DNA of 64,000 bases from an uncultured Lentisphaeraceae bacterium (GTDB lineage Bacteria; Verrucomicrobiota; Kiritimatiellia; RFP12; UBA1067), in contig CAZMNN010000005.1 of the NCBI GenBank assembly GCA_964567665.1, forward strand, positions 13,752 through 77,751, given 5' to 3'. The position numbers and the translations under genes were made by a program. A model generated the notes under the pieces. It saw only the letters and a list, made by a program, of their open reading frames with translations, searched no databases and was not told where the DNA came from. This document shows, in pieces, positions 8,452 through 17,546 of the stretch (the first letter of the stretch is position 1; each line of letters begins with the position of its first letter).

Positions 8452-9388
8452 GAATGCCCGTTTCGAGATTGAGGTTGGCGGCATCCGGTTGGATGCCGCC
8501 TTGCTTATGCGCTTTCCGTCCGTGCCGCGTTCATTTGTCAGGGAGGCCTGCGATGCCGGTGCTGTCAAGGTCAACGGGCGGCCGGCGGCGAAGGGCATGA
8601 AGGTAAAGGCCGGGGATGCGGTTGAGGTTGAACGGCTCGACGAAAACTCCGACAACCGGCCACTGCCCGATGACGGCATCCGTCCGAGGTGCATATTCGA
8701 GGATGCGTCATTGCTTGCGTTCGACAAGCCGGCAGGGATGCCTGTGCAGCCGCTTACGCGACACGAAACCGGAACGCTCATGAACGGTGTTGTCGTCCGA
8801 TGGCCGGAATGCGTCGGTGTGGGTGACAGCCCCCTCATGGCGGGTGCGCTGCATCGTATCGACGCAGGTACGTCCGGTCTTGTCCTGGTTGCCCGCAGTC
8901 CGAAGTCATTTGAAAATCTCCGTGCGCAGTTCACGTCGCACACGGTGAAGAAGACGTACCTTGCGCTTGTTGAGGGGTGCGTGTCCGATGGCGGGACGCT
9001 TGAGAACGATCTTGTGCATATGCCGGGGCTTGGCTACTGCAAGATGGTCGATCCGTCACGCGCAAGGTTGAGCGAATCTGAACGCACGTTTCTCTCCGCC
9101 AAAGCCCTCCATGCAGTGACGGCATATTCTCCGATCGGACATTTCCGTGAGGAGTGTGAAGACCGTACGCTCATAGAAGTGACGATATACACCGGAGTGA
9201 CGCATCAGATACGTGCGCAGCTGGCTCTTGCCGGAATGCACATCGTGAATGACCGCCTGTACGGTGCGTTTGCCGTCGAAGGAATGACAGGACACTGTCT
9301 GCATTCGTTTGCAGCGTCCTTCATGCATCCAGAAACAGGGAAACCGTGTGAAATCCGCACAGATGCTCCGTCCTGGGCCGTCTGTTAG
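8444..9388 (+). CDS. RluA-family 23S rRNA pseudouridine synthase with N-terminal S4 domain (RluD/RluC-like)
   Basis: HRIDAGTSGLVLVARS catalytic Asp motif; N-terminal S4-like segment; ATG 8444 in frame with the longer ORF from 8321. Confidence 0.75.
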   Translation: MIENARFEIEVGGIRLDAALLMRFPSVPRSFVREACDAGAVKVNGRPAAKGMKVKAGDAVEVERLDENSDNRPLPDDGIRPRCIFEDASLLAFDKPAGMPVQPLTRHETGTLMNGVVVRWPECVGVGDSPLMAGALHRIDAGTSGLVLVARSPKSFENLRAQFTSHTVKKTYLALVEGCVSDGGTLENDLVHMPGLGYCKMVDPSRARLSESERTFLSAKALHAVTAYSPIGHFREECEDRTLIEVTIYTGVTHQIRAQLALAGMHIVNDRLYGAFAVEGMTGHCLHSFAASFMHPETGKPCEIRTDAPSWAVC

Positions 9389-9431
9389 GCGGGCAACCGT
9401 CGCCCCCACGCACATATCCATGCGCACACCT

Positions 9432-9452
9432 TGTCCATTTATGCGATGGACA
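9432..9452. repeat. inverted repeat TGTCCAT-N7-ATGGACA
   Basis: 7-bp arms about 35 nt upstream of the fabG -10 box; possible operator or weak terminator hairpin for the upstream gene. Confidence 0.35.
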
Positions 9453-9485
9453 TGATTGCAGATCGCTCATGCGCATCCGGAAATG

Positions 9486-9494
9486 TGCTATAAT
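9486..9494 (+). promoter_or_regulatory. extended -10 box TGCTATAAT upstream of fabG
   Basis: Exact TGnTATAAT; GTG 9506 would be near-leaderless, ATG 9536 has AAAGGA SD. Confidence 0.5.
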
Positions 9495-9535
9495 CCGCCG
9501 CGTTTGTGAACAGTAACCTGAAAGGATGGAAGCAG

Positions 9536-10300
9536 ATGGGAAATCTTGACGGAAAGGTCGCGATTGTGACGGGTGCGGCGCGTGGCATCGGACAGAAGAT
9601 CGCGGTGAAGCTCGCTTTGGAGGGCGCAAAGGTCGCAGTGGTAGATCTCAAGGCCGAATGGTGTGACGAGACGGTCTCAGCCATATCCGCCGCAGGCGGC
9701 GAAGCGGCAGCGTTCGGATGCAACGTGTCGGTGTCGCAGGATGTTGACGCCTGCGTCAAGGCGGCCATCGAGAAGTTCGGCAGGGTGGACATCATGGTCA
9801 ACAATGCCGGCATAACGAAGGATGGGCTTCTGATGCGCATGAGCGATGACGACTGGGATGCAGTTATCGACGTCAACCTGAAGGGGACGTTCCTGTTCAC
9901 CCGTGCGGTGTCGCGTCCGATGATGAAGAACCGTGCGGCGGACGGCACTCAGCTCGGCGGCTCCATCGTGAACCTGGCATCCGTCGTCGGAATCATGGGC
10001 AATGCCGGACAGGCGAACTACACGGCTTCCAAGGGCGGTGTGATTGCGCTCACGAAGACGACCGCAAAGGAACTCGGCTCGCGCAACATCCGCTGCAACG
10101 CGGTCGCGCCGGGCTTCATCCAGTCCAAGATGACGGACGTGCTTCCGGACGACGTCAAGAAGGCGTATATGGATACGATTCCGCTCAAGCGGTTCGGCAC
10201 CGCCGACGACATCGCGAACTGCGTGGCTTTTCTCGTCTCTCCCGCCGCTGACTACATCACAGGGCAGATAATCTCCGTGAACGGCGGCATGATCGGCTGA
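9536..10300 (+). CDS. fabG: 3-oxoacyl-[acyl-carrier-protein] reductase
   Basis: GKVAIVTGAARGIG, NNAG, YTASKGG...APGFI, SDR catalytic Y-x3-K. Confidence 0.85.
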   Translation: MGNLDGKVAIVTGAARGIGQKIAVKLALEGAKVAVVDLKAEWCDETVSAISAAGGEAAAFGCNVSVSQDVDACVKAAIEKFGRVDIMVNNAGITKDGLLMRMSDDDWDAVIDVNLKGTFLFTRAVSRPMMKNRAADGTQLGGSIVNLASVVGIMGNAGQANYTASKGGVIALTKTTAKELGSRNIRCNAVAPGFIQSKMTDVLPDDVKKAYMDTIPLKRFGTADDIANCVAFLVSPAADYITGQIISVNGGMIG

Positions 10301-10343
10301 GTTTCATTAGGCTTATTTTTTCTCGCACCGAAAGCCGTGCAGG

Positions 10344-10352
10344 TGATATAAT
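10344..10352 (+). promoter_or_regulatory. extended -10 box TGATATAAT upstream of glgP
   Basis: Exact match about 38 nt before ATG 10391. Confidence 0.45.
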
Positions 10353-10390
10353 ACACCGCCATAAGAACAACCAACAAAAGGCTGAACAGG

Positions 10391-12853
10391 ATGAATGACG
10401 GGAAGATGGGTTCGGGTCGCGTCGAAATGAGCGTCGCCGGACTTCAGGAAGACTATGCGCACCATCTGCGCTACACGCTGGCGAAGGATGAACATACGGC
10501 TACGGCGCGTGACCGCTACATGGCGTTCGCCTTCGCGATACGCGACAGGATCACCGAACGGTGGATGGATACGCAGTCCGAGTATCACAGGCAGAACGCC
10601 AAGTACGTGTACTACCTGTCGCTGGAGTTCCTGATCGGACGGCTTCTCGGAAACAACGTCATCAACCTCAAGGCAGACGCGCTGTGCCGCGATGCGCTCC
10701 GCGCATTCGGCATCGACTGGAACACGCTGCGCGACTTCGAGACTGACGCCGGTCTCGGCAACGGCGGGCTTGGGCGGCTTGCCGCCTGCTACCTCGACTC
10801 GATGTCGACCCTCGACCTTGCCGCCATGGGCTACGGAATCCGCTACGACTACGGCATATTCCGTCAGCGCATCGTAGACGGGCAGCAGGTTGAGGATCCC
10901 GACCACTGGCTCAAGGACGGCTATCCGTGGGAGATTGCGCGACCGGAGTACGCTCAGACGGTTTCGTTCGGCGGCCATGTCGATTGCACCCACGGCGATG
11001 ACGGTTCGGTCAGGTGGGAGTGGAAGCCGGACTCCACAGTCCAGGGCGTTCCGTACGACCTGCCGATTGTCGGCTACAACCATGCGGTGAACACGCTTCG
11101 TCTCTGGAGTGCACGCGCAATCGATGAGTTCGATCTCGCCGACTTCAATCAGGGATCGTACGTCGCCGCCGTGGAGACGAAGGTGCTGGCCGAGAACCTG
11201 ACGAAAGTGCTGTACCCGAACGACAACACGATGGCCGGAAAGGAGCTGCGGCTCAAGCAGCAGTATTTCTTCGTTGCGTGTTCGCTGCGGGACATCCTGC
11301 GCCGCTTCAGGCTGAACAACGACAGCTGGGACGCTCTGCCGGACAAGGCGTTCATACACCTGAACGAGACGCATCCCGCCCTCGTAATACCCGAACTCAT
11401 GCGCATCCTCGTGGACGAAGAGGGGTTGGAGTGGAGCCGCGCCTGGAACATAACCCGCAAGGCGACTGGATACACGAACCACACAATCCTTCCGGAGGCG
11501 TTGGAGAAGTGGCCTGTGCGCATGATGGAGACGCTTCTTCCGCGTCATCTGCAGATCATCTACGAGATCAACAGCCGGTTCCTCAAGGAGCTTGTCGGCG
11601 TAGACCATGTGGATCAGGATCGTCTGGCGCGGATGTCGCTCATCGATGAGCACGGCGAACGCTACGTTAGAATGGCGAACATGTGCATAATCGGCTCCTC
11701 CTCGACAAACGGCGTGGCGAAGCTGCACTCAGAGATCCTCAAGAAGTCGCTCTTCAAGGACTTCTACGACATCTATCCGGAGCGGTTCACGAACGTGACG
11801 AACGGAATCACGCCGCGCCGCTGGCTTCTCAAGGCGAATCCGTCGCTTTCGCAGCTCATTTCCGAAACAATCGGGACGGAGTGGATCACCCGGCTCGAAG
11901 ACTTGAGGAAGCTTGAGCATCATGGGGGGGCGCCTGAATTCCTGTCCGCGCTTGAGAAGATAAAGGCGTCCAACAAGCGGTCGCTCGCCCGGTACGTGAA
12001 AGACAGTCTCGGCGTGGACATCGACCCTGCGACACTCTTCGACGTGCAGGTGAAGCGTCTGCACGAGTACAAGCGTCAGCTCATGCTTGCGCTGTATATT
12101 GTGATGCGCTACAACCGGATTGTTTCGGACGCATCCTACAATCCCGTGCCGCGCACGTTCATATTTGCGGCCAAGGCTGCGCCGGGCTACTGGATGGCGA
12201 AGCTAATCATCCGCTTCATCCATGACCTTGCCAAGGTCGTCAACGGCGATCCGCGAGTGCGTGGCCTCATCAAGGTTGTGTTCCTGCCGGACTACCGCGT
12301 GTCTCTCGCCGAGCGCATCATGCCGGCGGCTGAGATTTCGGAGCAGATATCGCTCGCCGGCATGGAGGCCTCCGGCACCGGCAACATGAAGTTCATGATC
12401 AACGGTGCCTTGACGCTCGGCACCTACGACGGCGCGAACGTGGAGATAAACGAACAGGTCGGCGACGACAACATGTTCCTCTTCGGAATGCGGGCGGATG
12501 ATGTGGCGAGGCTTCGTCCATCCTACAACTCACGCGAGTGCGCAGAGCGCGATCCGGAGATAAAGGCGGCGCTTGAGTTCGTGAAGAGCGGTGCGGTATC
12601 ACCCGGCGACCCCGTCCGCTACGAGCCGCTTCTGCGTTCGCTGCTCGACTACAACGACTACTATATGCTGCTCGCCGATCTCAGATCCTACTCCGATGCG
12701 CATGACCGTGTAGACGCCGCGTATCTTGACAGGGAAAGATGGAACCGCATGTCGCTCGTCAACATAGCGCGCAGCGGATTCTTCAGTTCTGACCGTGCAG
12801 TGGCCGAATACGCCCGCAACATCTGGCACGTTGCGCCCGTCATGTTTGGCTGA
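10391..12853 (+). CDS. glgP: glycogen/maltodextrin phosphorylase
   Basis: EFLIGRLLGNN, GLGNGGLGRLAACYLDS, PLP lysine context KFMINGALTLGTYDGANVEI; 820 aa. Confidence 0.9.
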   Translation: MNDGKMGSGRVEMSVAGLQEDYAHHLRYTLAKDEHTATARDRYMAFAFAIRDRITERWMDTQSEYHRQNAKYVYYLSLEFLIGRLLGNNVINLKADALCRDALRAFGIDWNTLRDFETDAGLGNGGLGRLAACYLDSMSTLDLAAMGYGIRYDYGIFRQRIVDGQQVEDPDHWLKDGYPWEIARPEYAQTVSFGGHVDCTHGDDGSVRWEWKPDSTVQGVPYDLPIVGYNHAVNTLRLWSARAIDEFDLADFNQGSYVAAVETKVLAENLTKVLYPNDNTMAGKELRLKQQYFFVACSLRDILRRFRLNNDSWDALPDKAFIHLNETHPALVIPELMRILVDEEGLEWSRAWNITRKATGYTNHTILPEALEKWPVRMMETLLPRHLQIIYEINSRFLKELVGVDHVDQDRLARMSLIDEHGERYVRMANMCIIGSSSTNGVAKLHSEILKKSLFKDFYDIYPERFTNVTNGITPRRWLLKANPSLSQLISETIGTEWITRLEDLRKLEHHGGAPEFLSALEKIKASNKRSLARYVKDSLGVDIDPATLFDVQVKRLHEYKRQLMLALYIVMRYNRIVSDASYNPVPRTFIFAAKAAPGYWMAKLIIRFIHDLAKVVNGDPRVRGLIKVVFLPDYRVSLAERIMPAAEISEQISLAGMEASGTGNMKFMINGALTLGTYDGANVEINEQVGDDNMFLFGMRADDVARLRPSYNSRECAERDPEIKAALEFVKSGAVSPGDPVRYEPLLRSLLDYNDYYMLLADLRSYSDAHDRVDAAYLDRERWNRMSLVNIARSGFFSSDRAVAEYARNIWHVAPVMFG

Positions 12854-12892
12854 TGGCGACTCCGAAGACATGGAAACGAAAGGGATGACACG

Positions 12893-15280
12893 ATGAAGGG
12901 TTTGCTTGCTGCGACGCTCGTTGCCGTCGCCGTTCTTCCGCTCCACGCCGTCAAGGTGGTGAGCGTATCGGCACGAAGCACGGTCGCTGGAGATGCCGAC
13001 GTATCGGACGTGACGTCGCGCTGCGAAGTGAAGGCGGGAATGGAGTACGATCCCGTTGCCTGTGCGAGGGACGTAAAGGCGCTGCGCGATTCGGCGGAGT
13101 ATGAGGACATATCGGTCGAGGCCAAGCATCTTGCCGACGGCATTGACGTGGTGTATGTGGTCACGCCCAAGCCGCGCTACCATGGTCCGTTGAACTGCAA
13201 GGGCAACGAATACTGGAACGCCTCAAAGATCGCCAAGCTTGCCGACCTCAAGGACGGCTATGCCTACGGTGAGGCTGACATTGCAGCGGCGGCGAACAGA
13301 ATCCGCGACGAATACCGCAAAAAGCAGTTCCCCGACGTGAAGGTTTCGCCGGAGGTGGAGCGTCTTCCGGGTGGCGGCGACATATCGATAACCATGGTGA
13401 TCGATGAGGGGCGGCGCTGCAAGATCAAGGAGTACCTCTTTGAGGGCAATGAACACGCCGAGGCGGACGAGCTGCGCGAGACGTTCGGCTGGTATCCGTG
13501 GTGGAATCCGATCGGCTGGTTCAACGATGATCCCGTGACGAAGCAGGATCTTGCCGAGGCTGGCGAGAAGATAGCCGCGCATTACCGCAATCTCGGATAT
13601 CTCGATGTTGAGGTTTCCGGTGGAGAGCGCGTGATGCGAGAGGATGGAGAGTCTGCGGACATCATGTTCAAGATCGCAGAGGGGCCGCGTTACCGTGTGA
13701 ACTCCATCGCGGTAAAGGGACTCAAGTCATATCCCGAAGCTGCCGCGCTTGCGTCCGTCAAGTCCATTGCCGTCGGCGACGTCGCCGGCGAGAAGGCACT
13801 GAAGGCCGCAGCCCGCGACATTGAGATATTCTGCGGTTCAGGCGCGAAGCCGCTTGCAGATACACACGCCGAAGTGATAAAGACGCCGACTGAGGCCGAC
13901 GTCGGAATGCTCGACATCGTGTTTGACGTCACGGAAGGCGTCCCGGTCACGATCGACCGCGTGCTGGTGCGCGGAAACGACTACACGAAGGACAAGGTGA
14001 TACGCCGCGAAATCTCGCTTTCGCCCGGCGATCCGATGATAGAGGACAAGGCGGAGCAGTCGAAGCGCCGTCTTGAGAATCTGCGCTACTTCGACCGTGT
14101 GCGGTTCTATCTCGAAAGAAAGACTGATGTCGCCACCAAGCCTGGCGAACCGGAGCTGCGCGACCTCGTCTACGAGGTGTCCGAAAAGAACACCGGACAG
14201 TTCATGGTCGGCGTAGGTGCGTCGAGCGTCGATTCCGTGTATGGCACGATAGAGCTTTCGGAGTCGAACTTCGACATCTTGAATCCGTGGCGCTTCAGAG
14301 GCGGTGGACAGAAGGGACGCATCCTTCTGCAGGCAGGTCCGCGCTACCAGACGTATGAGGCATCCGTCACAGAGCCGCACCTCTTCGACCGTCTGCTTGA
14401 ACTCACCGTCGAGGGATATCGCCGCCAGCGCTGGTACGATGATTACGACGTGATCCGCAACGGAGCCGCCGTTACGCTCTCCTATCCCGTCAAGTTCTGG
14501 CCGACGGCGCGTACGATGGGGCGTCTCGGGTTCCGTCTTGGCGCGGAGTTCATCGAATTCGATGACGTTGAGGATGACGAGTACTATCTCTCGGACAGCT
14601 TCGGCAGCCATAACGCAGGCGAGATGGGGCCAGTCTTCAAGTGGCAGGACGACGAGTACGGCGACAGCTGGGAGATTCCGTTCCGCATATTCTGGGAGGA
14701 TGACACCCGCGACAGCTTCAGGTTCGCGAAGCGCGGACACCGTGCGACGGTCTACGGTGACATCGTCGGCGGAGACAACAACTACTGGAAGGTCGGCTTC
14801 AACTACCGCCAGTACTTCACGATCTGGAAGAAGTACAGCCATGTGCTTGCGGTCGGCGTCCGTGGCGACACCGTTGATACGTTCTCCGACGAACTGCCGA
14901 TATACGACAAGCTGTTCCTCGGCGGACCGCGCTCGATTCGCGGCGTAGAGTACCGTGACGTTGCGCCACGCGTGTGGAGACGGTCGAACAAGAAGGGGGA
15001 CTATGCTGCCTGGGGCGGTCAGACGAGCTGGTGCATAAACGCCGAATATACGGTGCCTGTCGTCAAGTACGTGCGCGTCGCGGCGTTTTCCGATCTTGGC
15101 GCCGTCGGCGAGGACGAGTTTGACTTCAGCACGGACTTCTTCTGCTGGTCGGTAGGTCTTGGTCTCCGCCTTGACATCGAAAGCTTCCCGATACGGCTTG
15201 ACTTTGCCGTGCCGGTCGTTGAACCTGATGACGACGTTGACAAGGAATGCTTCTCGTTCACGATCGGATACGACTTCTGA
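12893..15280 (+). CDS. bamA: outer membrane protein assembly factor BamA (Omp85 family)
   Basis: Signal peptide, POTRA repeats (VRGNDYTKDKVIRREISL), C-terminal beta-barrel ending GYDF; followed by skp. Confidence 0.8.
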   Translation: MKGLLAATLVAVAVLPLHAVKVVSVSARSTVAGDADVSDVTSRCEVKAGMEYDPVACARDVKALRDSAEYEDISVEAKHLADGIDVVYVVTPKPRYHGPLNCKGNEYWNASKIAKLADLKDGYAYGEADIAAAANRIRDEYRKKQFPDVKVSPEVERLPGGGDISITMVIDEGRRCKIKEYLFEGNEHAEADELRETFGWYPWWNPIGWFNDDPVTKQDLAEAGEKIAAHYRNLGYLDVEVSGGERVMREDGESADIMFKIAEGPRYRVNSIAVKGLKSYPEAAALASVKSIAVGDVAGEKALKAAARDIEIFCGSGAKPLADTHAEVIKTPTEADVGMLDIVFDVTEGVPVTIDRVLVRGNDYTKDKVIRREISLSPGDPMIEDKAEQSKRRLENLRYFDRVRFYLERKTDVATKPGEPELRDLVYEVSEKNTGQFMVGVGASSVDSVYGTIELSESNFDILNPWRFRGGGQKGRILLQAGPRYQTYEASVTEPHLFDRLLELTVEGYRRQRWYDDYDVIRNGAAVTLSYPVKFWPTARTMGRLGFRLGAEFIEFDDVEDDEYYLSDSFGSHNAGEMGPVFKWQDDEYGDSWEIPFRIFWEDDTRDSFRFAKRGHRATVYGDIVGGDNNYWKVGFNYRQYFTIWKKYSHVLAVGVRGDTVDTFSDELPIYDKLFLGGPRSIRGVEYRDVAPRVWRRSNKKGDYAAWGGQTSWCINAEYTVPVVKYVRVAAFSDLGAVGEDEFDFSTDFFCWSVGLGLRLDIESFPIRLDFAVPVVEPDDDVDKECFSFTIGYDF

Positions 15281-15322
15281 TCACCGCGAACGGACAACCA
15301 TCAAACAGTGTGAGGAGTTGAA

Positions 15323-15871
15323 ATGAAGAACATAATCGCAACCATCTGCATAGCCGCAGCGGCGGTGGCCGGAGCCGAGATGAAGGTCGCCGTGGTCAGC
15401 CTTGAGGTACTCATAAAGAACCATCCGAACCACGAGACGAACAGGACGCTCGTGAAATCTACGGCAGACGACTACCGCAAGAAGATGGAGACGTATCAGG
15501 AACAGGCCAAGGCGCTGATGGACGAGGGGAAGAAACTTCAGTCAGACTGGCAGAACCCGATGCTCTCTGCATCGTCAAAGGCAGATCTCCAGAAGAAGCT
15601 TGAAGGAATACAGCGCAAGCTCTTCGCCGCCCAGCAGGATATGCGGGCGCAGGATCAGCGCTACCAGGATGAGCTTGCCGACCTCCAGCAGCGTCTTTTC
15701 AAGATCGAGAAGAAGGATGTCGAGGACAAGATTGCGGAATTTGCGAAAGCCGGCGGCTACGACATGATCGTTGACGTGGCGGCCTGCGGATTCGTCAAGC
15801 CTGAACACGATGTCACTGATGCGGTGCTTGCGAAGATGGGCGTTGATTCGTCAAAGAAGAAGACCGAATAG
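15323..15871 (+). CDS. skp: periplasmic chaperone Skp/OmpH
   Basis: Signal peptide, about 180 aa, Lys/Gln-rich coiled-coil tentacle region; conserved position after bamA. Confidence 0.7.
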   Translation: MKNIIATICIAAAAVAGAEMKVAVVSLEVLIKNHPNHETNRTLVKSTADDYRKKMETYQEQAKALMDEGKKLQSDWQNPMLSASSKADLQKKLEGIQRKLFAAQQDMRAQDQRYQDELADLQQRLFKIEKKDVEDKIAEFAKAGGYDMIVDVAACGFVKPEHDVTDAVLAKMGVDSSKKKTE

Positions 15872-15891
15872 CGGTCTCACCGGCCGCCAAT

Positions 15892-16764
15892 GTGCAACAT
15901 TACGTGACAGCCGTGCAGCGCGAAAAGCCGCTTGTCGAGGTGAAGGGACTGCGCATCGCGTTTGGCGATGCGGTGCCTGTCCGCGATGTTAGTTTCAGCA
16001 TTCCGCAGCATGGGCGTGTCGCGATAGTGGGCGAATCCGGATGCGGCAAGTCGCTCACGGCCCTCTCTCTCTGGAAGGATCATCCGGAGATTCGCGTTTC
16101 GTACATATTCCAGAACCCCATGGAATCGCTGAATCCCGTGATGAAGATTGGCGCACAGATACGCGAGACGCGAAAGGGGATGACGCGAGGGGAGATTGTG
16201 GAGCTTTTGCGCAGGACTGGGCTGCCAGAGCCTGAGCGCGTATACGATTCGTATCCATGCCGTCTTTCCGGAGGACAGTGCCAGCGGGCGATGATTGCCA
16301 TGGCGCTTGCGGCGAAGCCGGAACTGCTTGTCGCGGACGAGCCTACGACAGCCCTTGACGTTACGACCCAGCGGGAGGTTCTGGAACTCATCGATTCGCT
16401 CGCGGCGGAGACCGGCATGGCCGTGCTGCTCATCACGCACAACCTTGGTCTTGTCGCCGGAAGGATGGACGAGGTGAACGTGATGTACGCCGGCGTGATA
16501 GTCGAATCCGGCCCTGTGGTGGAGGTGCTTGAGCATCCGCGCCATCCTTACACCCAAGGGCTTCTCAAGGCGGTGCCGGCCCTTGATGCGCCGATGGATG
16601 CACCGCTTGCGGACATTCCCGGCACTGTGCCGCCGCCAGACGACTGGCCGTCCGGATGCGCGTTCCATCCGCGCTGTCCGTTTGCTTCTGAAATCTGTTC
16701 GCGCATTGCGCCGCCCGAAAGGAAGGTTGGTGCTGTGCGCTTCATGTGTCACAAAGGAGATTAA
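15892..16764 (+). CDS. OppD/DppD-family ABC transporter ATP-binding protein (orphan, internally shortened)
   Basis: Walker A GESGCGKS, signature LSGGQCQR, Walker B LLVADEPT, oligopeptide-type C-terminal HPYTQGLL...CAFHPRCP; about 30 residues missing between Walker A and the Q-loop relative to DppD. Confidence 0.7.
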   Translation: MQHYVTAVQREKPLVEVKGLRIAFGDAVPVRDVSFSIPQHGRVAIVGESGCGKSLTALSLWKDHPEIRVSYIFQNPMESLNPVMKIGAQIRETRKGMTRGEIVELLRRTGLPEPERVYDSYPCRLSGGQCQRAMIAMALAAKPELLVADEPTTALDVTTQREVLELIDSLAAETGMAVLLITHNLGLVAGRMDEVNVMYAGVIVESGPVVEVLEHPRHPYTQGLLKAVPALDAPMDAPLADIPGTVPPPDDWPSGCAFHPRCPFASEICSRIAPPERKVGAVRFMCHKGD

Positions 16765-16769
16765 AAGCG

Positions 16770-17438
16770 ATGCTTGACGCCTTGGCCGCACACCTTGACC
16801 AGATTGCCGCGCTTGCGCCGGTATGGGGGTATGTCTTCATTTTCGTATTCATGGCAGTTGAGAGTTCGTTCATTCCGTTTCCGAGCGAGATAGTGATGAT
16901 CCCTGCGGGATTCCTTGCGGCAAGGGGCGAACTGTCGTTCCATGCGCCGATGCCAGATCTTGCCGTTTCAATCCTGGTTGGGCTGCTTGGTTCGATCGTC
17001 GGGGCGTACGTCAACTACTTTCTTGCGGCGCATCTCGGAAAGCCATTTCTGCAGCGGTACGGCAAGTGGTTCTTTCTGTCGCCTGCGGCGCTCGACCGGG
17101 CATCGGAGGTGTTCAACCGCTACGGGAACATGGCGACGTTCGTATGCCGTCTGCTTCCCGCTATCCGGCAGCTGATATCTATTCCGGCCGGAATCGCGAA
17201 GATGCCGTTCGGCCCGTTCACATTCTACACGGCGCTTGGCGCGGGGCTGTGGACTGCGGTGCTTGCCGGAACGGGATATTGGCTGGGACGCACGGCCGGA
17301 GACATCTCGTACGGCGAACTCATCCACCGTGGCAAGGCGTTCGTGGACGGAAACCTGGTGTGGGTGGTGCTTGGCGCAGTTGCGCTTGTCGTTATCCATG
17401 TCGTCGTGTCGAAGCTTGTGATGAAGCGTCGGGGATGA
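16770..17438 (+). CDS. DedA/SNARE-associated family membrane protein
   Basis: ESSFIPFPSEIVMIPAG motif; ATG 16770 preceded by AAAGGAG; the ORF track start 16746 overlaps the upstream gene. Confidence 0.7.
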   Translation: MLDALAAHLDQIAALAPVWGYVFIFVFMAVESSFIPFPSEIVMIPAGFLAARGELSFHAPMPDLAVSILVGLLGSIVGAYVNYFLAAHLGKPFLQRYGKWFFLSPAALDRASEVFNRYGNMATFVCRLLPAIRQLISIPAGIAKMPFGPFTFYTALGAGLWTAVLAGTGYWLGRTAGDISYGELIHRGKAFVDGNLVWVVLGAVALVVIHVVVSKLVMKRRG

Positions 17439-17525
17439 CCGGCGCATATCTGATTCGTCGATTCCTTTGCCGTATCGCTTTTGCGGATTCGTGAGATGTT
17501 GCCGTTTGCCTGCGATATGCGTTTG

Positions 17526-17534
17526 TGGTAGTAT
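17526..17534 (+). promoter_or_regulatory. extended -10-like box TGGTAGTAT 12 nt before bioW-bioF ATG (near-leaderless)
   Basis: TG at -15/-14 plus TAGTAT; no SD before ATG 17547. Confidence 0.35.
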
Positions 17535-17546
17535 GCGCACTCCGTT

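Noticed and set aside
10313-11728. 471-aa minus-strand ORF
   Set aside because: Lies fully antisense to glgP, which has unmistakable phosphorylase motifs. Its Arg/Ala/Val/Leu-rich composition is typical of antisense frames in high-GC DNA.
12828-12841. TGGCACGTTGCGCC as a possible sigma-54 promoter
   Set aside because: The GG and GC elements are too closely spaced (no N5 spacer) and it lies inside the glgP coding sequence.
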